64,000 bases of DNA from a bacterium (lineage in GTDB: Bacteria > SZUA-182 > DTGQ01). Position numbers and translations under genes: made by a program. Location: the NCBI GenBank assembly GCA_040752695.1, contig JBFMGO010000006.1, positions 1 to 64,000 of the forward strand. The letters are read 5' to 3'. The notes beneath the pieces are model-generated. The model did no database searches. It saw nothing but the letters and a program-made list of their open reading frames with translations, and was not told the DNA's origin. How positions within the stretch are numbered: position 1 is the first letter of the stretch; every line of letters begins with the position of its first letter. Positions 9,333 to 19,750 of the stretch are shown in pieces.

Positions 9333-11252
9333 ATGGCCAAGGCAGTCGGAATTGATCTTGGTACTACAAATTCCTGTATAGCCGTTATGGAAGCTGGCAA
9401 ACCCGTAGTTATCCCCAATGCGGAAGGGGGGCGGACCACTCCCTCGGTGGTAGCTTTTACCGAAGACGGCCAGCGTTTGGTAGGCCAGATAGCAAAGCGG
9501 CAGGCGGTTATTAATCCACAGAACACCATTTTTTCGGCCAAGCGGTTTATTGGTCGAAATTACAACGAGGTGGAATCCGAAATAAAGATAGTTCCCTACA
9601 AAGTGGAGCCGGGTCCCAACAATGCGGTTCGCTTTCATATTAAAGGGAAGCAGTATGCGCCGGAGGAGATTTCAGCCCAGGTTCTTCGCAAGATGGTGGA
9701 CGATGCATCCAACTATCTGGGCGAGAAGGTCAAACAGGCGGTTATCACCGTACCGGCTTATTTTAACGATGCCCAGCGCCAGGCGACCAAGGATGCTGGC
9801 AAGATTGCCGGGCTTGAAGTGCTCCGGGTAATCAACGAGCCCACGGCAGCGGCTTTAGCTTACGGCATGGAGAAAAAGAAAAACGAAACGATCATGGTTT
9901 TTGACCTTGGCGGCGGAACCTTCGACGTTTCCGTCCTGGAAGTAGGCGAGGGTGTCTGCGAGGTCCGCTCCACGTCAGGAGATACGCACCTGGGTGGCGA
10001 TGATTTCGACAAGGCGGTGGTCGATTGGCTGGCAGATGAGTTTCGCAGGGAGCAGGGGATCGACATCCGGAACGACCGGCAGGCGCTTCAGAGGCTCTAC
10101 GAGGCTGCTGAAAAAGCCAAATGTGAGCTGTCGAGCATGAGCCAGACAATCGTTAACCTCCCGTTCATCACCGCTGATGCCACGGGTCCAAAGCATCTTT
10201 CCATGACGCTGACCAGGGCCAAATTCGAGCAGTTGACCCACCACCTGGTGGAGCGCTGCATCGGGCCGGTCAAACAGGCTTTAAGTGACGCCAAGCTGAC
10301 GGAAAACGATATCGACGAGGTGATTCTGGTGGGCGGTGCTACCAGGATGCCGTCGGTTCAGGAACTGGTGCGCAAAATGACCGGCGGCAAGCAGCCGAAC
10401 ATGTCGGTGAACCCCGACGAGGTCGTGGCTGTCGGAGCAGCGGTTCAGGCCGGCATTATCCAGGGAGAGGTGCGGGATGTCCTGTTGCTCGACGTTACAC
10501 CGCTTTCCCTTGGCGTTGAAACCCTTGGCGGAGTCATGACCAAACTGATCGAGCGCAACACTACCATTCCGACCCGGCGGTCCGAGGTTTTCTCCACTGC
10601 CGAAGATAATCAGCCCGCAGTGGATATCGTGGTCCTTCAGGGAGAGCGGCCCATGGCCAGGGACAATCGCCAGCTTGGCCGGTTCAAACTGGAAGGCATA
10701 AGACCCGCGCCGAGGGGAATCCCCCAGGTCGAGGTCACGTTTGATATTGACGCCAACGGCATTTTGAATGTTTCAGCCAAAGACAAAGATACCGCCAAGG
10801 AGCAGAAGATCACGATCTCAGGCTCCACCAACCTTGACAAGGGCGAGATCGACCGTATGGTCAGGGATGCCGAATCCCATGCCGCAGAGGACAGAGGCCG
10901 CAAGGAAGCCATAGAGGAGCGCAACCAGGCCGACTCTTTGGCTTACCAGACAGAGAGGATACTGCGCGATCTGGGTGACAAGGTCCCGGTGCATGAAAAG
11001 GCCCGCTGCGAGCAATTGATTGCCGATATCAGGCAGGCCATCAAGGAAGAGGCACCGGTAGAGCGGGTCAGACAGCTTAAGAGCGATCTGCAGCAGGCTT
11101 CATCCAGCCTTGCCGCCTATGCTCAAGCTGCCGGACCGACTGCGGGTGCAGCAGGAGGCGGCGCAGGACCTGCTGCTGGAGCAGGAGCCGGTAAAGGACC
11201 CTCGACCGAGGGCGGTGAAGATGTAATCGATGCTGAATTTACCGAAAAGTAA
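9333..11252 (+). CDS. dnaK: Chaperone DnaK (Hsp70)
   Basis: [29 protein letters not shown]-terminal DVIDAEF; RBS before ATG 9333. Confidence 0.98.
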   Translation: MAKAVGIDLGTTNSCIAVMEAGKPVVIPNAEGGRTTPSVVAFTEDGQRLVGQIAKRQAVINPQNTIFSAKRFIGRNYNEVESEIKIVPYKVEPGPNNAVRFHIKGKQYAPEEISAQVLRKMVDDASNYLGEKVKQAVITVPAYFNDAQRQATKDAGKIAGLEVLRVINEPTAAALAYGMEKKKNETIMVFDLGGGTFDVSVLEVGEGVCEVRSTSGDTHLGGDDFDKAVVDWLADEFRREQGIDIRNDRQALQRLYEAAEKAKCELSSMSQTIVNLPFITADATGPKHLSMTLTRAKFEQLTHHLVERCIGPVKQALSDAKLTENDIDEVILVGGATRMPSVQELVRKMTGGKQPNMSVNPDEVVAVGAAVQAGIIQGEVRDVLLLDVTPLSLGVETLGGVMTKLIERNTTIPTRRSEVFSTAEDNQPAVDIVVLQGERPMARDNRQLGRFKLEGIRPAPRGIPQVEVTFDIDANGILNVSAKDKDTAKEQKITISGSTNLDKGEIDRMVRDAESHAAEDRGRKEAIEERNQADSLAYQTERILRDLGDKVPVHEKARCEQLIADIRQAIKEEAPVERVRQLKSDLQQASSSLAAYAQAAGPTAGAAGGGAGPAAGAGAGKGPSTEGGEDVIDAEFTEK

Positions 11253-11289
11253 CTCTCACGAAAGAAATCCTGACGAGGGAGATAAAAAT

Positions 11290-11925
11290 ATGGAGAAATC
11301 TCAAGAAGAAAGATTCTGGGGGGGGCCGGGAAAGAATGCGGGAAAAGGCCCGGAACCCTGCCAACCCTCCAGTTTTTTCGAAGGGGAGGCCAATGCCTCG
11401 CCTTCGGAGAATGAGATCATGGTCCAGGAGGAAGAATCTGCTGCCCAAAAGCAGATTGAAGAAATGGACCAGGCAGTGGCTGATTTGCAGCGGCAGCTTC
11501 AAGAAATGGAGGACCGGTGGAAGAGGGCTGCTGCAGACCTGGATAATTACCGCAAGCGCTTTGAACGGGAACTGGAGCGGCTGCGCTTTTCCGAGCGTGA
11601 TATGGTATTGCGCGAGTGGCTGGCAGTGGTTGATAACATGGAGCGGGCCTTAAAGGCGGAAAACGCTTCACAGAGCCCCTGGTATCAGGGGATGCAGGCC
11701 ATCTATCAGCAGATGATGGGCGTTCTGGGTCTGTTTCGGGTAACTCCCTTCAATCCGAAGGGAGAGCCCTTCGATCCGGTATGCCATGATGCCGTGGCTA
11801 CGGTCGATCTGAAGGATGAGCCGGAAGGGATTATCGCCGAGGTGGCTGAACCCGGCTATAAGATCAGCGACCGTATCCTGCGCCCGGCCAAGGTCATTCC
11901 GGTGAGGCATCAGAAGGCCAGGTAA
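11290..11925 (+). CDS. grpE: Nucleotide exchange factor GrpE
   Basis: RAAADLDNYRKR, GEPFDPVCHDAV, GYKISDRILRPAKV. Confidence 0.95.
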   Translation: MEKSQEERFWGGPGKNAGKGPEPCQPSSFFEGEANASPSENEIMVQEEESAAQKQIEEMDQAVADLQRQLQEMEDRWKRAAADLDNYRKRFERELERLRFSERDMVLREWLAVVDNMERALKAENASQSPWYQGMQAIYQQMMGVLGLFRVTPFNPKGEPFDPVCHDAVATVDLKDEPEGIIAEVAEPGYKISDRILRPAKVIPVRHQKAR

Positions 11926-11994
11926 GTGTCTGGCCAGGAGGTAACAGGCCGGGTTAGAAGTGGTATCAGGCCGGGTAAGGTGAAAGGATAATCG

Positions 11995-13011
11995 ATGTCC
12001 GTCAAATATCAGGACTATTATCAAATATTGGGCGTTAACCGCAACGCTTCGCAGGATGAAATCCAGCGCGCTTACCGGAGACTGGCTCGACAGTATCACC
12101 CCGACATCAACAAGAGCAGTGGTGCGGAAGAGCAGTTTAAAAAAATCGGTGAGGCCTACGAGGTTTTGAAAGATCCTGAAAAACGCAAAAAGTACGATAC
12201 GCTCGGGGAAAACTGGCGTGCCGGTCAGGATTTTACTCCTCCGCCGGGCTGGGATTTTCGTACCGGACGGGGCGCAACTGGTGGCGGTGGAGCATGGAAA
12301 TTCGATATTAATGACTTGGGAGGCATGGGTGCCGGGAATTTCAGTGACTTCTTTGAAACGCTTTTCGGCGGCGGCCTGGGTGGCTTTCGAACCGCAGGCA
12401 CAAGGCCAAGATCAGCGGGTGGCTGGTCCATGAAGGGTCACGATCGTGAAGCTGAAATCACCATTTCCCTGGAAGATGCCTACCACGGCAGCAGGAAAAC
12501 CATTGCCGTGGAATCTGCAAAGCCCGATGCTACAGGCCAGGTACAGCGTATCACCCAAAATCTTGAAGTCAAGATTCCTGCTGGCATAACCGAGGGACGG
12601 CGTATCCGCCTCAGCGGTCAGGGAGAGAAAGGTGCAGGCGAGGGCCCGGCAGGAGATCTTTACCTGCGGGTGCACATTGCGCCTCATCCGGTTTTTACCT
12701 TGCAAGGGCATGACCTGAGTGTGGAAGTGCCGGTAACCCCCTGGGAAGCTGCTTTGGGTGCTAAAGTAGAGGTTCCGACCATGGAGGGAGCAGCCGCCGT
12801 GCAGATTCCGGCAGGTATTCAAAGCGGGCAAAAGATGCGCTTGCGAGGTAAAGGGCTCACTAAACCAGGGCCAGGAGCAGGACAGGGGGGTGAACATGGC
12901 GACCTGTATGCTGTTATACGCATAGCAGTACCTAAAACGCTCAACTCGAAAGAACGGGAGCTGTTTGAGGAACTGGCCAGGCATTCTCCTTTTCAGCCTC
13001 GCCAGGGATAA
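11995..13011 (+). CDS. cbpA: DnaJ class II co-chaperone (CbpA type, no zinc finger)
   Basis: J domain with [20 protein letters not shown]; no CxxCxGxG repeats. Confidence 0.85.
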   Translation: MSVKYQDYYQILGVNRNASQDEIQRAYRRLARQYHPDINKSSGAEEQFKKIGEAYEVLKDPEKRKKYDTLGENWRAGQDFTPPPGWDFRTGRGATGGGGAWKFDINDLGGMGAGNFSDFFETLFGGGLGGFRTAGTRPRSAGGWSMKGHDREAEITISLEDAYHGSRKTIAVESAKPDATGQVQRITQNLEVKIPAGITEGRRIRLSGQGEKGAGEGPAGDLYLRVHIAPHPVFTLQGHDLSVEVPVTPWEAALGAKVEVPTMEGAAAVQIPAGIQSGQKMRLRGKGLTKPGPGAGQGGEHGDLYAVIRIAVPKTLNSKERELFEELARHSPFQPRQG

Positions 13012-13023
13012 AAGGGAAAAACC

Positions 13024-13335
13024 ATGAAAAAGAATCGCTATGAAATCACGATCCGCTGCCAGGAGTCAGGGGGCCTGCTTCGCGTATCGGACCTGGCCCA
13101 TGTGGCTGGCCTGCATCCGGATCTTATTACCCGATTTTTAACCCTTGGACTTATTGAACCAGCTACGCAGCGTCCCGAACCCCTGTTTACCGATGATGCC
13201 GTTCTGCGTATTGGCCGCATCCTCCGACTGCGCCGCGACATGGGGGTAAATCTGGTTTCGGCGGGAATTATCCTGGATCTTCTCGACCAGATCGAGAAGC
13301 TCAGGAAAGAACTGGACACGCTGCGGGGTCTGTAA
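13024..13335 (+). CDS. cbpM: Chaperone modulator CbpM / MerR-like HTH
   Basis: LGLIEP...RILRLRRDMGVN...ILDLLDQIEKL; directly follows cbpA. Confidence 0.8.
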   Translation: MKKNRYEITIRCQESGGLLRVSDLAHVAGLHPDLITRFLTLGLIEPATQRPEPLFTDDAVLRIGRILRLRRDMGVNLVSAGIILDLLDQIEKLRKELDTLRGL

Positions 13336-13392
13336 GGAACAGCGCCTGCAAGGAACAGTGCCTTGTAAGGAAAAGTGCCTGTAAGGAACAGT
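13331..13392. repeat. 16-17 bp tandem repeat x4 starting across the cbpM stop codon
   Basis: tgtaaggaacagcgcc / tgcaaggaacagtgcct / tgtaaggaaaagtgcc / tgtaaggaacagt. Confidence 0.9.
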
Positions 13393-13417
13393 AGATAAGA
13401 AAGTAAGGAGATTACTT

Positions 13418-15316
13418 ATGGCAATTGATGCGGGAGTAAACCCCATCGAAACTCATCAATTCCAGGCCGAGGTTAAAAAGGTTCTGGATATTGTCATCCA
13501 TTCTCTGTATACGGAACGCGAGATTTTTATTCGTGAGCTGATTTCCAATGCCGTCGATGCCCTGGAAAAATTCCGGCATGAGAGCCTGATTCATAAGGAA
13601 GTTTACGATGGGCATCTTTCGCTGGAGATTTTAATCAATACGGATGAGAAAGCCCATACCTTGACCATTATCGATACCGGCATCGGCATGACCCATGAAG
13701 AGCTCATCAGCAACTTGGGCTCCATTGCTCATTCCGGGTCACAGAACTTCCTTGCCCAATTGGCCGAGGCAGCCCGTCAGGACGTAAACCTGATCGGTCA
13801 GTTCGGGGTGGGTTTTTACTCAGCCTTTATGGTAGCCGATCGGGTGCGGGTTCAGACCCGCGGGTTCCGGCTGGATGACCAGGGCTTTGAGTGGGTCAGC
13901 GACGGATCGGGCACCTACACCATAGCGCCCATGCAGGGCCTGCGGCGGGGAACGACGATCATTCTCGAGTTGAAAGAGAACGCCCACGAATTTGCCGATC
14001 CCGAGACCATCAAGCGGATCATCAAACGGTATTCCAACTTCGTTCCCTTCCCGATCCTGGTCAAGGCAGAGAGAGCCAACACGATCCAGGCCATCTGGAC
14101 CCGCAATAAAAACGAAGTGAAAGAGGAGGAATACACCGAGTTTTATAAATTTGTAGCCAATGCCTTTGACGAGCCCATGTACTATCTGCACTTCAGTGCC
14201 GATGCTCCTTTGGCCATCCATGCCCTCCTCTTCGCTCCCAGGGAAAATCTTGAACGATTCGGTCTTGGCAGAATAGAGCCAGGCGTGGACCTCTATTGCC
14301 GCAAGGTGTTGATCGCCAAGCATCCGGAGGGGCTTTTGCCCGAATGGATGCGGTTTTTGCGGGGGGTAATCGACAGTGAAGACCTGCCCCTGAATATTTC
14401 CCGCGAGACGTTGCAGGACAGCGGCATAGTCAGAAAGGTCAATCAGGTGATAAGCGGCCGCTTTCTCAAGTTTCTTGAAGAGGGGGCCAAAGCAGATCCT
14501 GAGAAATATACGGCCTTCTGGAATTCCTTCGGCATCTTCCTGAAGGAAGGAATCGTGAATGACTTTACCCACCAGAAGGACATTGCCAGACTTTTGCGCT
14601 TTGAGTCATCCAAAACGGAAAAAGGGCAATTGACTTCCCTGGCTGATTATGTGAGACGGATGAAGGAAGGGCAAAAGGTCATCTATTACCTGAATGGTCC
14701 ATCACGGGAAATCATCGAGGCAGGGCCTTATCTTGAGGCTTTCAGAAGCCGCGGTCTGGAGGTTATCTATACCCATGATCCAATCGATGACTTCGTGATG
14801 AGCAACCTGCATGAATTTGAGGACAAAAAGCTGCTCTCCGCTGATCAGGCCAATCTGGAGCTGCCTGAAGCCGGGAAGAAAGAAGAGCAGGAAGAGGAGC
14901 CCAAATACAAGGAATCTCTCGATGCAGATCAGATCAAATCTGTTGTCGCCTGGCTCAGAGAGATTCTGGGCAATCGGGTCAAGGATGTCGTCGAGTCGCA
15001 CCGGTTAGTGGATAGCCCGGCCATTGTGGTCAATCCGGACAGCGGCATGAGCAGTGCCATGAGGCGCGTCATGCAGGCCATGGATTCAAAAATCGGAGAG
15101 GGACTGTCAAATCTGACCCTGGAAATCAATCCCCGCCATCCTTTGATCCGCAGGCTGGCTGATATGAAAGAACAGGATAAGGAGTTTGCTAAAATCGCTG
15201 GTGAGCAACTGTTTGATAACGCCATGATTGCCGCAGGTCTTTTGACAGAGCCCCGAAACATGGTAGACCGGATGTATCGCATTCTGGAAAAGGCCATGGA
15301 GCAGGGGCGCAATTAA
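13418..15316 (+). CDS. htpG: Chaperone HtpG (Hsp90)
   Basis: FQAEV, RELISNA, IGQFGVGFYSAF, LPLNISRE, LEINPRHPLI. Confidence 0.97.
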   Translation: MAIDAGVNPIETHQFQAEVKKVLDIVIHSLYTEREIFIRELISNAVDALEKFRHESLIHKEVYDGHLSLEILINTDEKAHTLTIIDTGIGMTHEELISNLGSIAHSGSQNFLAQLAEAARQDVNLIGQFGVGFYSAFMVADRVRVQTRGFRLDDQGFEWVSDGSGTYTIAPMQGLRRGTTIILELKENAHEFADPETIKRIIKRYSNFVPFPILVKAERANTIQAIWTRNKNEVKEEEYTEFYKFVANAFDEPMYYLHFSADAPLAIHALLFAPRENLERFGLGRIEPGVDLYCRKVLIAKHPEGLLPEWMRFLRGVIDSEDLPLNISRETLQDSGIVRKVNQVISGRFLKFLEEGAKADPEKYTAFWNSFGIFLKEGIVNDFTHQKDIARLLRFESSKTEKGQLTSLADYVRRMKEGQKVIYYLNGPSREIIEAGPYLEAFRSRGLEVIYTHDPIDDFVMSNLHEFEDKKLLSADQANLELPEAGKKEEQEEEPKYKESLDADQIKSVVAWLREILGNRVKDVVESHRLVDSPAIVVNPDSGMSSAMRRVMQAMDSKIGEGLSNLTLEINPRHPLIRRLADMKEQDKEFAKIAGEQLFDNAMIAAGLLTEPRNMVDRMYRILEKAMEQGRN

Positions 15317-15355
15317 CCAAAAAAGCTCAAGAAAAACTGAAAATTCTTTTATCGA

Positions 15356-15385
15356 AAGGGGCAGGCCTCCAAGTGCCTGCCCTTG
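15356..15385 (+). terminator. Hairpin downstream of htpG (possible terminator)
   Basis: gggcaggc-ctccaagt-gcctgccc; weak U-tract. Confidence 0.45.
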
Positions 15386-15733
15386 TCACTCACCCGAAAG
15401 AATCCCATCCGGATATAATTTACAAAATTTCTCTTGCCTTAGCCTGGTATTTTTAGTATATTTGTTAATAGATAAGTGAGCATTTTGCTAAAATGATGGC
15501 ACCCCTTATCAAGGAGAATCAGGGCGAAAATCACTCTGATCATAATCAGACCGCAGGGGGGATTTCTTCGATAGTCTTACGCAGTTGCAGCACCTTGGAC
15601 AGTCTTTTTTTCCTTCACTACAGGATAGCGGAGTGAAGTCGTGTATTTGTTTTAAAATTCCGATCCTGATCAAGGAGAGTGACTGAATAACCTTAACTTC
15701 TTTACTGTATGGAAAAGATGAGGGGGTAAAAAG

Positions 15734-16195
15734 ATGCTTGACTGGATACAAAGGCAATTTCAGCAATGGCAATTTCGCAAGGCTAAGAAAGAATTTCAGC
15801 AATGCGTAGCTGGAGAATCGATGGAGACATCTCCGGAAATCCTTTTCCGGCTGATGGATCTGTTTTTCCAGCTTAACCCCGATTCCCGGAAGAATATCCG
15901 GGGATTCAGCGGCACGTATCAATTCAAGAGCGAGGATAACAAGGTGGCTGTTCTGGCCACTTTTGACGATGAAAGGATCACGGTCGAAGAGACCCTCTAC
16001 GCCGAACCTGACATTACCATCATATTTAAAGACAGTCGAAGTATTATCAATTCATTCATCTCACCGAAAAAAGATATTCTTAAAACTCTGCACGATAACA
16101 AAGTCGCTCTTCAAGGGAATCTGAATTACGTCTATAAACTGGGCTTTTTAACAGATCATATTCAATTGGCTCTGAACGGGAACTTGCCCCAGTAA
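15734..16195 (+). CDS. SCP2 (sterol carrier/lipid-binding)-like domain protein
   Basis: TYQFKS...EPDITIIFKD...NKVALQGNLNYVYKLGF pattern typical of SCP2 folds. Confidence 0.65.
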   Translation: MLDWIQRQFQQWQFRKAKKEFQQCVAGESMETSPEILFRLMDLFFQLNPDSRKNIRGFSGTYQFKSEDNKVAVLATFDDERITVEETLYAEPDITIIFKDSRSIINSFISPKKDILKTLHDNKVALQGNLNYVYKLGFLTDHIQLALNGNLPQ

Positions 16196-16224
16196 GATCC
16201 CTTTTATCTCTCTCGAGGTGTATC

Positions 16225-17103
16225 ATGAGTTATCCTTTGATTACCGATATTAAGAAGCATGCATTGATGAGCAGTCCCGGTATTCGAGCCACTATCTTTT
16301 TCAAAGGCTGTCAGCTTAACTGTTTATGGTGCCATAATCCCGAAGCTATCGATCCGGATATGGAAATCGGTTTCTACCCGGCTCAATGCCTCTTTTGCGG
16401 GGAGTGTGTTCAGGTTTGCCCTGAAGGAGCCTGCAGTCTGGATAACCAGAGTCGAATCGACCGTATGCTCTGCAGCCGCTGCGGCCGCTGTGCGGATGCC
16501 TGCCCCAGCTTTAGCCTGAAGCGCATTGGCACGTATTACTCACCTGACGAAATTCTGGACCTCCTCCTGAAGGACAGGATTTTCTACCAGACTCCCAATG
16601 GAGGCGTCACTTTGGCCGGGGGAGAGCCTACTCTCTACATGGATTATATCTCAATCCTGTTAAAGAGGCTGAAAGGGGAAGGCATTCATACGGCTATCGA
16701 GACGAACGGCCTTTTCTCAGGTGCCGAGTTCCGGAAAGCCGTCCTGGAATTTCTTGATCTCATCTACTTCGATATCAAACTGGTTCACCCTGATCTCCAC
16801 CGCCACTATACGGGCCGGGGAAATGAGCAGATCCTGGACAATCTGGCAGCGCTCATGCATCTTTGTCCGGAGAAATTAGTTCCCCGAATGCCCCTTGTCC
16901 CCGGTATTACCACCACCAATGAAGCTCGCCAGGCTATGTCTTTTCTGTTTCGAAAATTAGGCATTAAGGACTATGTTCTCCTCCCCTATAATTCCCTGGG
17001 GCATTCCAAGCTTCAAAACCTTGGCAAACCGCCTCTTATCCCTCCCGGTCCGACAGGGAATTTAGGCCGCAGAGGTGGTGACCTGCCAATTGCCGTCCCG
17101 TGA
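16225..17103 (+). CDS. Glycyl-radical enzyme activating protein (radical SAM with 2x ferredoxin insert)
   Basis: PGIRATIFFKGCQLNCLWCHNPE; CLFCGECVQVC and CSRCGRCADAC; GGVTLAGGEP; HTAIETNG. Confidence 0.92.
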   Translation: MSYPLITDIKKHALMSSPGIRATIFFKGCQLNCLWCHNPEAIDPDMEIGFYPAQCLFCGECVQVCPEGACSLDNQSRIDRMLCSRCGRCADACPSFSLKRIGTYYSPDEILDLLLKDRIFYQTPNGGVTLAGGEPTLYMDYISILLKRLKGEGIHTAIETNGLFSGAEFRKAVLEFLDLIYFDIKLVHPDLHRHYTGRGNEQILDNLAALMHLCPEKLVPRMPLVPGITTTNEARQAMSFLFRKLGIKDYVLLPYNSLGHSKLQNLGKPPLIPPGPTGNLGRRGGDLPIAVP

Positions 17104-17299
17104 CAGCAGATTTGACCTGCAACAAAGCTGAAAAGGCTTTTAAGGCCCTCATCAAAGCCTTCTTTCCTTTTTTTGTATTTCACTATCAGGGGATAAGGTT
17201 TCCCTTTGCCGATTCTTCCGCTCCTTTGTGCCGAAGTAAAAAATAACACACGTATCATACTAACACCTCTTTTCGAATGTTTGCCTCTCATAATGAAAA

Positions 17300-17376
17300 G
17301 GGATCTCTGACCTTGGGACCGTCCTCCTTGCGCTCTATAGCGTGCAGATAATTTCCTGAGGTCAGGGGTCTTTTTA
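17300..17376 (+). ncRNA. Candidate small structured RNA or long terminator hairpin
   Basis: Continuous 19-bp stem 17300-17318/17354-17372 (13 Watson-Crick, 6 G-U, so + strand preferred), U-run at end, CATAAT just upstream. Confidence 0.4.
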
Positions 17377-17464
17377 TTCAATGGATGCCGTACCATCGCT
17401 GATCAATCGGCCGCAGACATATACCTTTTTCCGTGACCCTCAACACCCTCGATCAGGAAATTTC

Positions 17465-17493
17465 TTGACATGAGAATCATTTGAAATTACTAT
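17465..17493 (+). promoter_or_regulatory. Sigma70 promoter overlapped by Fur/PerR-like box
   Basis: TTGACA-17 nt-TACTAT; spacer contains atgagaatcatt resembling ATGATAATCATT; upstream of rubrerythrin. Confidence 0.6.
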
Positions 17494-17536
17494 AACCTTT
17501 TTCTCATGTGTACAGGCACTTGTGGGAGGGTCGAAA

Positions 17537-18109
17537 ATGGAATTGAAAGGTTCAAAGACAGAAAAAAACATATTAACCGCGTTTGCCGGAGAGTCACAGG
17601 CCAGGAATCGCTACACGTACTTCGCCAGTCAGGCCAAAAAAGAGGGTTATGTCCAGATCGCGGATATATTCGAAGAGACCGCCAATCAGGAAAAAGAGCA
17701 CGCCAAGCGTCTGTTCAAGCTGCTTGAGGGAGGGGAGGTCGAAATAAAGGCCGCCTTTCCGGCCGGGACTATCAGCACGACAGCAGTTAACCTCAAGGCA
17801 TCTGCCGGAGGGGAGCATTATGAATGGGAACAGATGTATCCGGCTTTCGCCAGGATTGCCAGAGACGAGGGCTTCGAACATATTGGCAGGATATTTGAGG
17901 CTATCGCTGTAGCTGAAAAGCAGCATGAGAGGCGTTATCTCGGTCTTCTGGCCAATATTGAGGCTGGCACAGTATTCCAAAAGAACAGGGCCGTTAGCTG
18001 GCGGTGTCGCAATTGCGGGTTTATTCACCAGGGAGAAGCTGCACCCGATGCCTGCCCGGCCTGCGCGCATCCTCAAGGATATTTTGAGTTGCTGGTGGAA
18101 AACTGGTAG
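17537..18109 (+). CDS. rbr: Rubrerythrin
   Basis: LKGSKTEKNILTAFAGESQARNRY, EKEHAK, EKQH, WRCRNCG...CPACAHP. Confidence 0.97.
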   Translation: MELKGSKTEKNILTAFAGESQARNRYTYFASQAKKEGYVQIADIFEETANQEKEHAKRLFKLLEGGEVEIKAAFPAGTISTTAVNLKASAGGEHYEWEQMYPAFARIARDEGFEHIGRIFEAIAVAEKQHERRYLGLLANIEAGTVFQKNRAVSWRCRNCGFIHQGEAAPDACPACAHPQGYFELLVENW

Positions 18110-18232
18110 TAACCGGCGGGCAGTCCTCAGACGCTGTGAGAATTGTGTCAGCGATTTTTTACAATTGTGCCGAAAGAAGGAATATTCTTTGCCTTGGCTG
18201 CAAGGGCAAAGGATCAACAAAGGAGCCAGGAT

Positions 18233-18394
18233 ATGCAAAAGTATGTTTGCGATGTGTGCGGTTATATTTACGATCCGTCCGAGGGAGATCCCGATGGAGG
18301 CATCGACCCCGGAACCGCCTTTGAGGACCTGCCGGAGGACTGGGTCTGCCCTGTCTGTGGAGCTCCCCAAAGCGATTTTTCTCCCGTTGACTAA
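18233..18394 (+). CDS. Rubredoxin
   Basis: [15 protein letters not shown]...[25 protein letters not shown]. Confidence 0.97.
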   Translation: MQKYVCDVCGYIYDPSEGDPDGGIDPGTAFEDLPEDWVCPVCGAPQSDFSPVD

Positions 18395-18618
18395 AAAGCC
18401 GACGATCGAATCTTCGAGGGTAACCGTAAAGGACCGGTATTTGTCCTTGACCAGGATCACCAAAAGGGCGGTTGCACCGTGAACAGCCGGCTCGCTTACT
18501 CTGGCCTCAAAACCGGCTATCTTTACCTTCAGGCTGAATTGGTATATAATATGCTTGTATCATAAAGAGGAGATATTATTCTACCTCGTCATTTCAGCAA
18601 AGGAGGAAAAAGGGTCCC

Positions 18619-19305
18619 ATGCCACAACATCTGGAAAGAGAAATTGAACGGCTGAAAAGAAAGATTCTGTCCCTCAGTACACTCGTTGAGGAGGGCGTTC
18701 AAAAAGCTGTCAAGTCTGTAGAACAACGCAACACAAAACTGGCGGCAAGTGTTATTGAAAACGATCTTAAAATCGACCATACGGAAGTGGACGTAGAAGA
18801 GGAATGCCTGAAGGTACTTGCTCTTTACCAGCCTGTGGCTATTGATCTTCGATTTATTGTGGCCGTACTCAAAATCAATAACGACCTTGAGCGGATCGGT
18901 GACCTTGCTGTCAATATTGCAGAACGGGCGGTTTTTTTGGCCACACAGCCGAAAATAGAGATTCCGTTTGACCTTCAGGGTATGGCGGAAAAGTCTCAGG
19001 CAATGCTGAAAAGAAGTCTGGACGCTCTTGTGAATATGGATTCACAACTGGCGAGGGAGGTCTGTGCCTCGGACGATGAGGTGGACGCTTTAAACCGCGA
19101 CATGTATACCCGTGTTCAGACCGGCATCAATCAGCATCCTGCTGAGGTGGAATCGTTGATCCACTTCCTTTCAATTTCCCGTCACTTAGAGCGGATAGCA
19201 GACCATGCTACCAATATTGCCGAAGATGTCATATACATGGTGGACGGCGAGATCAGCCGGCATAAGACCGAGGATTACAAATCGCATACGGCCAGGTCTC
19301 ATTAA
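18619..19305 (+). CDS. phoU: Phosphate signalling protein PhoU
   Basis: QPVAIDLR, DLERIGDLAVNIAE, LERIADHATNIAEDVIY. Confidence 0.95.
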   Translation: MPQHLEREIERLKRKILSLSTLVEEGVQKAVKSVEQRNTKLAASVIENDLKIDHTEVDVEEECLKVLALYQPVAIDLRFIVAVLKINNDLERIGDLAVNIAERAVFLATQPKIEIPFDLQGMAEKSQAMLKRSLDALVNMDSQLAREVCASDDEVDALNRDMYTRVQTGINQHPAEVESLIHFLSISRHLERIADHATNIAEDVIYMVDGEISRHKTEDYKSHTARSH

Positions 19306-19750
19306 CAGCGTATCACACTGCTCTTTTGGCTGCTTTCAGCAGCCGTCTCCATTGATGGTGAAAAACTTGACAAGAGGGTCGAAGTATTATAAGTTAGTAT
19401 TACTTTTTTCACTATTATACCTCTGTAACAAACTTAAAATAACATTTTGATAAATATGAAGAGCCTTGTATTATTACATGGCGTAGCTGTCCCAAATTCC
19501 TCTCTCTTTCCCTTTTTCGAAAAAAGGGAGGGGAAGAGGAATTTTATGGAGATTTTGTGCTCTGGGAGAGGTCCTGCACCATGCGGCACTGTAGTGCAGA
19601 GCATTTTTTGCAGAAAGGGGGGGATGGAAAAGGAGCAAAAACGTAACAGGCCAATTTATAATATTTCGATAGAGAATAGTGGGTAGGAAAGAAAAGATGG
19701 TGAGAGAAGGTAATCATGGTTAAAGAAGATAATCAAAGAGAGGGAGGAAG

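Noticed and set aside
19420..19450. Pho box upstream of the porin
   Set aside because: TAACA half-sites are 14 bp apart rather than 11
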